Part shown: positions 1 to 22,248 of the stretch, in pieces
How positions within the stretch are numbered: position 1 is the first letter of the stretch
Layout of the letters: the number at the start of each line of letters is the position of its first letter
Assembly: GCA_040954595.2 (NCBI GenBank)
Contig: CM082583.2
Location: 6,632,849-6,696,848, forward strand
Source of the DNA: Balanoglossus misakiensis
Taxonomy: Eukaryota; Animalia; Hemichordata
Length of the DNA: 64,000 nucleotides
Direction of reading: 5' to 3'
The notes under the pieces: generated by a model
Database searches by the model: none
What the model saw: only the letters and a program-made list of their open reading frames with translations
Told to the model about the DNA's origin: nothing
Translations under genes and position numbers: made by a program

Positions 1-53
1 AAATGTTTGCTATGGGACAGCATTTCCATGTATACTTTGCTATTTTCTTTCAG

Positions 54-1683
54 ATAATCTATGTGGCGAGAAATCCTAAAGATTTAGTGGTTTCCCTTTT
101 CCACTTCTACCGAATCAATCCCTTTTTGAAGACTTACACAGAATGGGAAGAATGCCTGGCAGATTTCTTGCGAGGAGACGGTGAGATGACATGCGCACTT
201 GTTAGCGCTGAGATTTGTGAATCTACACGTGACTCAGACACCTTCGTAATCACACAGTCCTTGTCGGCTGATCATTTGCCGTTCAAGCAGGCGAAATGTC
301 GTCGTTTTTTTAAATCGAAATACATCAACGTTATATCTTAAATGTTATCGTGTATCATGTGTTGCATCTGTGAGGTGACATCCTTAACTAAACTTATAAA
401 CTTTACTAAACCCGCAGTAATATATGGCAAGTGGTCGGATCACGTGATTTCGTGGTGGAAAGACAGAAACAACGACAATATACTATTCCTGAAATACGAA
501 GATATGAAAAAGGTAAAAAAAACCACTACAAATGCTTTATCGTTGTATTCTGGCGCTTTCTGTTTTATCGCAAAAATAAAAACATAGTATCTGGCCAGTA
601 CGGGGCTCGAACCCGCGACATTCGCGTTATTAGCACGACGCTCTAACCAACTGAGCTAACCGGCCGACGAAGGTAAGCGGACGCAGTGTCATTTGTGCCC
701 AAAACGTTTGTCCGCCGTGTTGACGTCTTTCATTCACGCGACTTCCTTTTTTTCTGGAAAACAATATATTTTTCGTTTGATTAAGATTTTCATATTTCAC
801 GCGCAATGCTCACGACTTCTTTGCAGGACTTAAAGGCTGCCGCTCAAGAAATATCACGCTTTCTTGGCAAAGATCTTGACGACGCGGCGATCGACCGAGT
901 GGTGGAACACTGCAGTTTTGACAGCATGAAGAAGAACCCGATGACAGTGAAGACGTTCCTGTGTGCCGCTTTGGATATCGACCCCAATACTGACTCACCG
1001 TTTGTACGCAAAGGTAATCACGGGACTAGACTAGCCCAGAGTACACGTATAAAGTCATGGGATTGGCGTTGGTTGACGGTAACCCTAACCTAGAAGCCCA
1101 GTCCCGAATTCGAAACTCAGCTGAGTGCCGAAAACTCGCTCAAAGCAAGCAAATCCACGAAAAGGATTGGAAATCTTAGACAAAAAATCACCAAGCGACT
1201 AATGGGCTTGTCTAGCACGGGACGTAAACGTAGGCTTATATTCTGGGAGCGCTTCGCCGAAGTAAACGTGAAGTTTATTATGGTTCTCATTTCTGCAACA
1301 ACGGTAAAGTTCGGTGGCATGAAGCAAGACGCAACGAGATACTAGTACATCCTTTTTGTAGCCCACGAGCTTTAGTTCAACTCCTCCCAAGAATATATAA
1401 CATCGCAACAATTCATTTATGATGATTCTTACATACTGAAGAAACGAAAAAAAACATGACAGAAAAATAAGGAGAACTATTTTTACACTAGAATTTCGTA
1501 ATTTGTGAATCACTCTCACTGACCAACACGAGAACACTCTGTATTAATCACGGCCTTTATTGTTTTACAGGAAAAGTGGGTGGTTGGAAAGACCAATTTA
1601 CTGTGGCCCAAAACGAGGACTTTGATCAAGTTTATCGGAAATGGATGAAGGGATCTGAACTGACCTTCGATTTCGACTTTTAG
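54..1683 (+). CDS. Cytosolic sulfotransferase (SULT1-like), 3' part; 4 coding exons, 5' exons lie upstream of the window
   Basis: Exons 54-180, 418-512, 827-1013 and 1571-1683 (stop TAG 1681-1683) are GT-AG bounded and frame-consistent. The translation has the SULT motifs [13 protein letters not shown] (3'-PB), [17 protein letters not shown] and [13 protein letters not shown]. Confidence 0.93.
572..582 (-). terminator. Pol III oligo-T terminator of tRNA-Ile
   Basis: TTTTTATTTTT on the minus strand about 10 nt downstream of the tRNA 3' end. Confidence 0.7.
592..665 (-). tRNA. tRNA-Ile(AAT), intronic and antisense to the sulfotransferase
   Basis: The reverse complement GGCCGGTTAGCTCAGTTGGTTAGAGCGTCGTGCTAATAACGCGAATGTCGCGGGTTCGAGCCCCGTACTGGCCA folds into a full cloverleaf with anticodon AAT and intact A and B boxes. 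Confidence 0.95.
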
Positions 1684-1758
1684 TAGTTCGGCTCGAGAAA
1701 AGTACTCCTTGATAGATCAACTTCCATGCAGAAGTGGAATTCCAATCATATTGGTGCA

Positions 1759-1764
1759 AATAAA
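1759..1764 (+). promoter_or_regulatory. Candidate polyadenylation signal of the sulfotransferase
   Basis: AATAAA about 75 nt after the stop codon. Confidence 0.5.
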
Positions 1765-2166
1765 CTTAGTAGTAAGAGTTTAATCGCTGAAAAAAATCCA
1801 TGTTAGCGTTTTCTTTTGTTTTTCATGATGCTTCGGTCCGAGTAAGTGTACTGAGATCATAAATCAGCACTTATATAAACGCAAATTTAGCCACATTCAC
1901 TATTGAGATAGATACGATTGAGAACAAGCCGACTGCATATCTGCACTTGGGATCAAACGTATCAGGAACTATTTCTTTAACTCTACAAAATGTCACGCGT
2001 TGTGATCTGGTGATCATCACTATAGACTGCAATACATAATCGTCTAGAACGATTTCGGCTCGCCATTAAAGAATTCAGATAAAGAATACATGTAAAACAA
2101 CATGGAAATTGTGTTTTTAAACGTTGAAAATACAGAAAGCATCGGAATGAAATTTTCATCACTTAA

Positions 2167-2172
2167 TTTATT
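2167..2172 (-). promoter_or_regulatory. Candidate polyadenylation signal of gene A
   Basis: AATAAA on the minus strand about 16 nt after the TAG stop at 2189. Confidence 0.5.
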
Positions 2173-2188
2173 TTCCTCAGGAGATCGT

Positions 2189-11737
<9,549 letters not shown>

Positions 11738-12180
11738 TTCGCCAGTATTGTCGTCACAGTGCTTTAGCTAAGTTTGATTAGGACAGTCAGTATCATCGAT
11801 ATATATGAATGTATTCATGAGTGTTATCTGTACTGTTAGTTTATCTTTTTCACATGAGGGTGTATCTCTTTCTGCAGGTGTTCTTCGAAGCTGTGTTCCC
11901 ATCCACCATTTCACCTGATGTATTTTTTATTTCATCTTCTCTCTGACGTTGCCCAATTAAAACTGCCCCACCATGAAAACATCTCCAAATCACGTGATAA
12001 CGTTCGAAAACCGGGTCAGACTGTAGATAGTACTATACTGGGTTCAGTTAATTACCTGTACAAATTTTATATCAGATGGCAGATACAAAGAAATGTTCTT
12101 CTTGGAAAGAATCGAATTCATTTGTAATATGATCGTCATTTTGAGATACCGCGATTTAACGACAACTTAACTTCCAGGTC

Positions 12181-12367
12181 ATTGGGAGTAAGGGCCAGTG
12201 ACGTCATCGCCCGAGCATGCGCATGCACGCTATTGGTAGTCATGTTTTTAAAGACCAATGAGCGCGAAATATTTACTGGCGAATTAGTCGCGCATTGGCC
12301 GAAGTATCATGTGCAAGTTTGAGAAACAATAAAAAATAAACGGGTGTCCCGTTTCAAAATGGCTGCC
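12181..12367. promoter_or_regulatory. Cluster of promoter-type motifs about 450-630 bp upstream of the gene A ATG
   Basis: CRE TGACGTCA at 12199-12206, NRF1-like GCATGCGCATGC at about 12215-12226, four CCAAT/ATTGG boxes, and YY1-like AAAATGGCTGCC at about 12356-12367. Confidence 0.35.
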
Positions 12368-13850
12368 TCCATGCAAATAGAGTGAAACCAGCACCTGTTG
12401 GCGGATGCATGTACACCTGGTTGTGAATTGGCAAGGAACTGACCATTCAGAAACAACCACGCCATACACATCTAGAAAACCGCGGGCAGATTTCAGTAAA
12501 TGCTTGTAACATGTTCAGACCTGCGCCTATAGCAGTTCTGAGAAAATTGGTCAGATAATCGGAGTCGTACGGTCAGGACAGTGATGCACTTTTTTATGCC
12601 TGCATAGAGTCTGTGCATGTGGACACGTGACCGAAACACTGAAGACATGTGTGTCAGCGTTGAATTTACATGGCCTGATAATGGGTCTGAAAATGTGTAA
12701 GATTTAAGGGTGTTTACTAAAAAAAGGGCCAGTTTTGATGAGGGAAATAAATACAGTGCGAACATTGACAGATTTTCAGACCCTGCTACATGTTTGTATT
12801 CACATAGCTGTGCACATGCAGGCTTGACAGGACAGGCAGAAAATTTCAGGCCCTGTCACATCACTGTGTCTACAGCGCTGTATACTGCTATGTCATCACA
12901 ATACTAGTCGCAGTAATGTGTCGTCTTTGCTGCCACAGACCTGTACCACTTACACAGGTTTATGGCCTGTGCCGCCTGTCACAGGAGCGAAATTATTTAG
13001 CTGTGATACACACTTCAAATCAAGCACACAACACCTACTTCAGAACCATTGTCTTCATTTTACCTCCAGCTAGCTGCTTCTGGCTCACGACGCACACAAA
13101 ACATGGCATGCCCCTAATGTTGAACCCCCTAAGGCTGCGTTTAAATGTAAAATGTTAGAGCGTCCTCATCGATTAAAACAAGCAACCAAGCCGATATTCG
13201 ACATGTTCGAGGGCGCTCTCCACCTTTACCACACACTGAAACAACGCAAAATTCACCACTAATTCATATCTATGGGAGGGGTAATTTTGTTGGGCAAAAT
13301 TATACACTGCATAACAAAAAGAAGCAAAGAACAACTGAGTGCTAAGGCTCTGTTTTATTGCGCTATAACAAAACAGATATAAATCAAGAACGATGAGGAA
13401 GGAAAACACGCACAATGTACGCCAATTAAATTGGAAAAGTACATGTAATGGTGTGAATTTTCAAAATACCGATAAACCCCCGAGTAAAACCTGCGACTTG
13501 TTGGAATATGATATAAGAAGTGTGTATTGTCAAAACCGATTCAGTATATACGTCTGACTCATTTGATCTCAATAAAATGTGAAAGAAACAAAATAAGTTG
13601 TCAATCAACGTAAATCATAAGATATGTTAAAATTCAATAACGAATGAAAGTATCGTGACGTGACGAATCATGGGAAGTCGAAACCATATTTCGTCGATAT
13701 TAAAGTGAACTGCTACGTGTAATGTCCATGCTAAGGTGTACTAGAATTATAGTAGAATCGCAGAAATGGCAACGGTGGTGACGCAATGCGACGTCACATC
13801 ATACCGTGACACTCTGCTGGTATGTAGAACCTAACTACAAAGAGATCGCG

Positions 13851-16800
13851 CTAGGTGTGTTGAATATGTGATTTCATTTTGCGTCTGGTATTTCGGGCAT
13901 ACACGACAGCAGCGACAGCCATGACACTTCCCAAAATGAAGACAGCCACAGCGGCGAACATGACGGCAGATTGACTTGTGGTCCTCACTGTGTCTTTGCC
14001 TTGCGATAGACCTGGGAAAAAACAAGTGTTGCTTGATTACTTGTAATAAATGAATAATCAATGTTCTCACTTAATGGGCCCGCCTTTTTCAAGTTCACAA
14101 TTGTAAACGAAGGACCTATGTCAGTGCTGTCTTCTGCATGATATCATAGCTTAATTTACTATACAAGCAAATATATTTGTTGAAAATAATCGTTGATGGT
14201 TTTTCACAATACTTACTGTGCAAGATGCCAATTTCCCCGCGATATAAACTGACTGGCCCCTGAGTGACAGTTCGTGACCCTAGAGATGACTCCTCCCCGA
14301 GGTCACGTCTGTGTCGAGTCAAACAGCCTTGTTGACATCGGGAGTATGGGTCAGTGGCGTTACAAACTAACATGTCGCAGTGAATGTAGACCTGTTAGGA
14401 AAGAAAATGAAAAAAAAATACTCAAAGACGAATACACTGTAATCTTAATCTGGTAGCAACGAGAAGTTCACTTCTCCGGCAGGTTTAATTTATGATAACT
14501 TCAAAAGAAATCCACCAAGGGACTAGTCAAAACTACGTACCGGCGATAGCTGGAGTAAATTATATAAATTAATTAATTAATTATACGCACTCACCAGGTT
14601 TGATGTGGTATCAACAAAATCAAATGCTTCGATCGAGAAATGTTTCTCGGCTGGGTCTTCGACGGGATGTACCTGTACGGTGGTATCTTTGAGGCATCTG
14701 CAAAGTCACGGACAGAATCGCGTTAGAGACGGTGGCGACATTTTGCGAGAATCACAGTTCGATACAACAGAAAAAGGCACGAAATGTCATAAACTATTTT
14801 TACTACATGTAGTTGGTATGCTGTCAACCGCCACTTGTGGAAGACAGAAAATGGGGCATTACATTTCAAGAAAACATAATTTCCAATCGTTAAGACGCAA
14901 CTAAGAATGGGTGTGAACGTTGTTTTTCCCGCACGATATTCAGTTAAAATGTGTGCCTTAATCGAATGTCAGATAACCAAATACATATACACAAAACACA
15001 CAATCAGTTGAACCTACCCATTCTCAATGAAGACATACTGGGTGGGGTCGTTTGGATTTTCAGTTGGAGTACCCTTGCAAGTATCGAGGAATAACTCCAG
15101 ATCAGTTGTGTTGGTCTCCACGGCGGCGCCGACGTAGATTCTTTCACCGAGACTGACTTCAATTGGATACTCATACTCCTCGTAGGGCTCGCCATAACTG
15201 ACGTCAGGATAGAAGTCAAGACTGAATGAGAAATTTCCGTGACCAGTTTCTGTCAAGTACAGCTTTTCACTATCCACGATGAAGCTGGCATCGGCACGAC
15301 CTTTCCTGGGATACATGCATTCAAACGGTATCTCCACTTCCTTCACACGTCTAATGATGTCTTCCACCACATAACGATTAGACACCACGTTGCTGTAAAT
15401 GATGTGTTGGGAGGTTTCCTGGTGGCAAAGGAAAAGAAAGTATCGCTCAATGAGGCATTGTGGGATCCAATGCAATATGGGATATGCCTTGTGATTAGGT
15501 GTCGCTCCAATCTTCAACTGCATTGTATGATATTTGCAATAGATCATTTCCCGAACTCCGCGAGTCCCTTCGAGATCTCGCGTGTCTATGAGCAGGATCT
15601 ATGGGAGGACATTTTCCTGTGACACAGGACAAACAACATATTCACATTGTCAAACGCCACAAAAGTTACAATTTGTGTTTAACTAACCATTCTAGTTTCC
15701 CACAAAGCTTGACTTGTGTTACTTGTCCAGCAACCCTGTGCTATGGTAATTAAACAAGCCTCGCGAGATCTCGCTACATGCGGAAATTGTCAACCGATAA
15801 AAAAAGTGTTCGCTGGTGTGTATATGCTCATAAAATGGCATACCCCGCGTCACAAAGTATCGCATATCTCAGCCCGGAAAATGGACTATGCGTGTAAAAA
15901 TCATCACTTGTGTCCACTGATTACTTACGGTAAATGTGGTACCACATTCGGCATGTCCGGTGTCGAAGGTCACGTGAGTGGCATTACTGTAACCAGTGCA
16001 CGATGGATCGATCAACTGCAGATCGTCTTGGTCCATTCCGTCCAAGACTGAGCGGTGAATGTCGATCTTCATCGACGTCTTGGGGCATGTGACTGTCACA
16101 TCTGTAAAGACAGAGGTACGTGGGCACCAACATCTGATTAACCGAAAACCAGCATATATAAAGTTTACTTATGAAGGTTAGTGACACAACGTCTCATGGA
16201 GAGGTGAATTTTAAACCAGGCCTCCACAATATCACTTTACCGCCTCTGCACAATTGATGCCTACGCTTTGTGCAATGAGTTGTTGTCAAATGTCTATCAA
16301 GCATTCAAATAATTGCTTTATGCATGCTACTTTACGTCATCCCATTGTCAGGTTTGTCATGATATTGGATAGTGAAACCGTTTAGGCATCATCTCCATCC
16401 ATGCACTGACCTTTGATGGGTTCATTTGTGGTGGCGAAGTCCTCTGTCGGATACATTGTACCTGTAAGATACAAGAATTGATGATTCGAAAGTGGTCACA
16501 CACACAACACATTTGCAAAGGCGAAAAAAGAACAAGTGTTTTCCAGACAACGACTTCTCTAGATACTGTTACAATGGAGTATAACTGACGGCTGGTTATT
16601 CGTTTTCATGGCGGTTTTGTACATAATGATGCAATATTTTAAAATAAAGTGAAAGATTCGTAGAAAAGCATGTGTAGAGGCTTCATTACCTTCAGTGGTC
16701 GGCCACGCGGTCGGTTCTAGAAAGAAATCAAATAATAAGTTCAAGAGCACAACGAGTGACTGATGCACTGTATCAGGCCAAGAAGAAAGATGTCGCACGC

Positions 16801-19800
16801 AAATTGAATCTTGAGGTTTGCAGGCGCTTACGTTGATGATTTTTCCCGATGAATATCCAAGAAGGGTAATCTTGATTATGTATTATTTTGATAAACTTTG
16901 GAAAGGAAGACAGATGTTTTTAAAAAGCGTTCTACACACAAGGGCAGTTAAAATTATAACACCATTGTACAATGCTTACCGGGTCGGTCGTACATGTAAA
17001 CACGGAATCCTCTGTCAGTAACTGAGTAATCTGAGGTGAAGTTTAACCACACGGTGTCACCAGATGAATAAAAATTTGAAGGTGTGCTACATCCAGAATG
17101 TTGATAGATTACCACATTTTCTCCCGGATTGTCTCCATTTCCAGCCGACACGTGATCACAACAGCTTTCCGTACAGAAGTCGTCCCACGACACATAAATA
17201 TGACGATAGGAGTATGAAGCATATACAAACCAAACACAATCGGCGTTGTTATGGTAATCACTAGGGTAGTTAGGGGATTCGATTCTCTGGCTGCCCCAAT
17301 AAGACAGGTAGTACGATTCGCCGCAGTCGTAATTCGCTGGAAAGAAGAGAATTCAATAACTCAGCTTAATCGTGTGATCGATATGACTTGCCAATGTCAC
17401 GAGGTCAAAGTATACTGTTGCCGAAAAGGTTCATAATACATTTATGTGTCGCTGCGATAAATTAGCTAGACTCACCCCCTCCCCCTCCACACCACCGCTA
17501 CCACAACCTTCTCTAGTATAAAGACACCAACAACGACTTTAACAGCAACAACGACTGACTTACCCGTTGTCCAGGGGTACCGGTCTTCGGTTGTAGCTTC
17601 TTCAGTAGTTCTCTCCCTGTCTGTGGTAAATTCCTCAGTAGTCACTGTGTTTAAAGCAAAAACGATAATAGTCAGTATTTATTGAATCCCTTGACGATTC
17701 GATTATTAAAGTTTACTCGCAACTGTCAGTGACAATTTCTTTTGAACGTCTTTGCTTAGTTGATAAAAAGTTTTAGTTTAACAAACCCTATTGTTCAAAC
17801 GCTTTCACACAACACGGTTGTTACGAGGTAAATTAGATATATGACATTACCTTGGGTGGTTGGCCAAACGGTCGGTCCTGTAAAAATGCAAAAATATGAG
17901 ACTACATGTATATGAACACACGAAACAACTGGTAGTATGGTTGTAAGTTATAAGATACGACTTGAGATCCTGTGGTCTTTGCATTGAGCCTCTATGCTTA
18001 TGACTTCAGTTCCGCGATTAATATTGAAAGGTCCAATCACGTCACGCGATAGAAATATGCAAATAGGAAAGATGTCGGTGTCAATGATCAACCTACCTGA
18101 TTGGTCGTACATGTAAACACGGAATCCCCTGTTAGTAACTGAGGCATCTGAGGTGAAATTTAACCACACGGTGTCACCAAATGAGAAAAAATTTGAAGGT
18201 GTGCTACATCCAGAATGTCGGTAGATTACCACATTTTCTCCCGGATTGTCTCCATTTCCGGCCGACACGTGATCACAACAGCTTTCCGTACAGAAGTCGT
18301 TCCATGAGACATAAATACGGCGATTGGAGGATGCAGCATATACAAACCAAACACAGTCGGCGTTGTTATGGTAATCACTTGGGTAGTTAGGAGAATCAAT
18401 TCTCTGGCTGCCCCAATAAGACAGGTAATACGATTCGCCACAGTCGTAATTCGCTGGAAAGAAGAGAACTCGGCTTAATTCTTTGATTGATATGACTTGC
18501 ACTTGTCCCCGGGCACATATTTTGTATTTTAAAAATGAAAAGATTAATAGGTCCTATCAAAGATGAGATGCGTCTCATATTTGATGGTAAATTTCATATC
18601 CCGGAGAGAAAAATATTTAGATTTCAAGAGTACAAATTACAGAATGAAAAAAACAACAACGGAGGAGCTTTGTTTAGATTGATTTCAGTTTAACTCTTGG
18701 CAGGTTCCTTAAAACACCAACTGGGTAGGTAGTTTTATTTTCCACCACCACCATCACCACTAAAACAACAACAACAACAACAACAACAAAATCAGCCACT
18801 ACAAACTAACGTGTTGTCCAGGGATACCTATCCTCCGTTCTCATTTCTGTTGGTGCTGCAGTAGTTTCTTCAATGGGCGTTGTTATTTCTGTGGTAAAGA
18901 CCTCTGCAGTTATTATGTGTAAAAAACTGAAGCATTATAGGGAATATCAACATTGTCGACGGCTTCACCTGGTCAGTGTGTTAAAATATCATTATCAAAT
19001 TTACCACTTGAAATTTACCAAAATGAGTCACTGGACACATCGGTGCGAGTTTTAGGACACGAGTGCAAACCGCGTTCGGTGTCCAATACAAAATCGGTGA
19101 TGTAAAATACTTAAAACGGCCAAATATGACAATTAAAAGTGTTTTCTTGCTGGTCACTTGGTTTCATTCATTATCATTTCCTGAAACAACCTCTCTCAAA
19201 ACACCGACAGGACTTGAAGGGTATAATACTGTTAAAGTACCACAGTAGGATTGCATGTTTAAGCGTATCACAAGTGAAAATGTCACAATGTCTTACCTGT
19301 ACTGGGCCAAACGGTTGGGCCTGAAAATATTAATTATAGGAGATTTGATTAACACACTGTTTCTCTCGCCAGTGTCTTTGATTGGTTCCACTTTCAGGTG
19401 GAGATGTTTTAATTCGATTGCGATATTAATGCATACTCAGGTAATATGCCTTCCTAAACAAGAAGACGTAATATTTCTATTTTTGATTATTTGAATAACT
19501 CACTCTGATCATGTATGTGCGCGCTGAATCCTGAGTTAGTACCATAGCTATCAGAATAGAATGAAATCCACATGGTGTCCCCGGAGGAGTAAAAACTGGG
19601 AGGATAACTGCATCCAGAATATCGGTAGAGAACCACATTCTGTCCCGGGGTGCCTCCATTGCCGACCGACACAAAGTCACCAGATGAGAGACAGAAACCA
19701 CTCCAATGCAAGTAAAGGGTTCCCCCTGAAGCTGCCGCGTGTATTATCCATTCACATCGGGCGTTGTTCGGGTAATTACTGGGATAATTTGGAGAGTTGA

Positions 19801-22199
19801 TATAGAAGCTTTCCCAGTAAGACAGATAATGTGTGCTACCACAATAATAGGCTACAAAATAAGTGGAGAATCACAGTTTGTTTTATACATTGAGTTATGG
19901 AAACATTAGGTTTTTAGAAAACTAACCGACTCCAGTGATAGATTAATATCTCCACATTACAAGTTTATAAGTAAAATTATTTATACAGTGTTGGCGTAAT
20001 AGCAACTGGTCTGAACACATTTTATAGTACAGTGTTAAACGGCATAATTTGAAACATATGTTAATTCAAAAATAAAACTAATCAATGACTCGGAACTCAT
20101 GGGGACAACTACCAGGTCCGCAAGTTTTGCTAGGGTTAATCGTCCCCCTTGCTGGTAAATGTTGTATCATCATTGCGCATAATTAAATCGATATTAGATA
20201 TTAGAATCATGCTGATCAAATCTGGGATAGAAATATAAATTTATTTGGCGTACTGTACGTATTTTTTGTTTATGGATTTTTATGAAGAAATTCGCATCTC
20301 GCTGCGCTGGGCTTTTTGAAACTCATCCCGGATGCCTTGCCAGCGTCCGAGATCTCTCAGGAGCCAACTCGTCTCTGTGAACAACAACTACAACAACTAT
20401 GGTAATACTAGTAACATCAACATCAACAACAAACTTACGCGTTGTCCAGGGTTTATAGTCTTCCGTTGTTTCATCTTCCGTCGTTCTCCCTTGTGTAGTA
20501 CCCACGGTTGTTATGGAGTCTTCTGTGGTGTCTGTGAGCACAATTTTACAAAAGAGACATGTTAGTCTTCTGAGGGGTAACGTGATCAGTTCTGTGACGT
20601 TATGGAACTGTGTATACAATTGTCGACACCGTGATCCATTGAACGCTGCATAAATAGCCAACATGCATTACAGTTGCAAATCATGCGAATGAATGAACAA
20701 ACGAGAATGTTAGGATTGCCTATTATACTTTTCAAACTGAATTTTGCTTGAATACTGACGTTGATGCCTGCAGGAGTCAACCAGGGACAGCATTGCACTA
20801 TAGAATTATAATTTATTTAAAACAAACTAAGACCATATGTTCTGTTTACTTTGATAAAAACATATATTAAGACGTACTACATCTTTTCAACAAACTTAAA
20901 CGCCCTCACAAATTGACTGGTGTCGGTTATGGTCATCCAACTAAAAGTTTTTTTAATAACCTTGATATTGTTAGTTTTACGACTGTAGAGTCTTCGTTGA
21001 TGTAACTAAATGTAAACTAGTAATTATCACTTACCTTCCATAGCGGTTGTCGGCGCGGCCGTACCTATAAATATAAAAGATATAGTTGAATCAAGTATTA
21101 TTGATTTTTGAAACCAGGGTGACTGGGACAAATTTGGTGTATTCAAACGGGCATTTTGAAAGTGTGCATGTTGATTTTAGTATGGTCGGGAGCAAGAATC
21201 GAAAACAGAAATATGAACTTATTTATTGTAAAGTTACCACTTACTGCTACTGTAGTCATAAACGTAGACACGGAATCCTTTTTCAGTAACCGTTGAATCA
21301 GATGAGAAAGTGATCCAAAGAATTTCACCATTGGTGAAAAAATTAGAGGGTTTACTACATCCAGAATGTCGGTCGATGACCACATTTTGTCCAGGATTAT
21401 CTCCATTGCCAGCAGACACGGGATCATAGTCACTCTCCGTACAGAAGTCATTCCAAGACACGTACATGTAACCCCAGGATGCCGCAGCGTACACAAACCA
21501 TACACATCTGGCGTTGTTCGGATAATTGCTCGGGTAATAAGGAGAGTTGATTACGACAGTCCCCCAGTAACTAAGGTAATACGTTTCGCCACAAATATAT
21601 GCTACAGAGACAAACGAAAGAAATAGTCAATGAATGGTCATCGAATTCCCGAGAAAAAGGGATGATTTATTTGCAGAAATGTATATCTGTTAGTTATATA
21701 AGTATGTGCATTAGACACCTATACGTGTTGAAAGTGCTTTTTAGGTCACATCATTCCTTCGAATATACATATAATCAATTAATGAGTATACGTTGGTACT
21801 CACGTTCAGCTGTTCAGTTGACAATTTTTGGGTGAAACAAGAAACAAAATCTCTATTAAAATGCAAATCCCAAACAAACCTTTCGCACATCTAGTAAAGA
21901 ACGTGTGCTACAGTTAGCCATGTGACTGCCTTCATCGATAATTAATTAATGATATGAAAAACAATGCCATATTGCTGATTGCTTAACACTGATAACGTTT
22001 ATCAACAATCTGCGTATTGAACAAGACTAATTTTACCAAAATAGCGCCATCACACACATCGACAAAACCAAGCCCATTAAACGAAGTCAATGTACATGTA
22101 TTGACTGGCCTAAAGGGGCTTCTCTGCCCTTACAGTACGGTAATGAAATAATACGAAACGTAAACTTAAACAACTACCACTACCACCACCACCACCACC

Positions 22200-22248
<49 letters not shown>

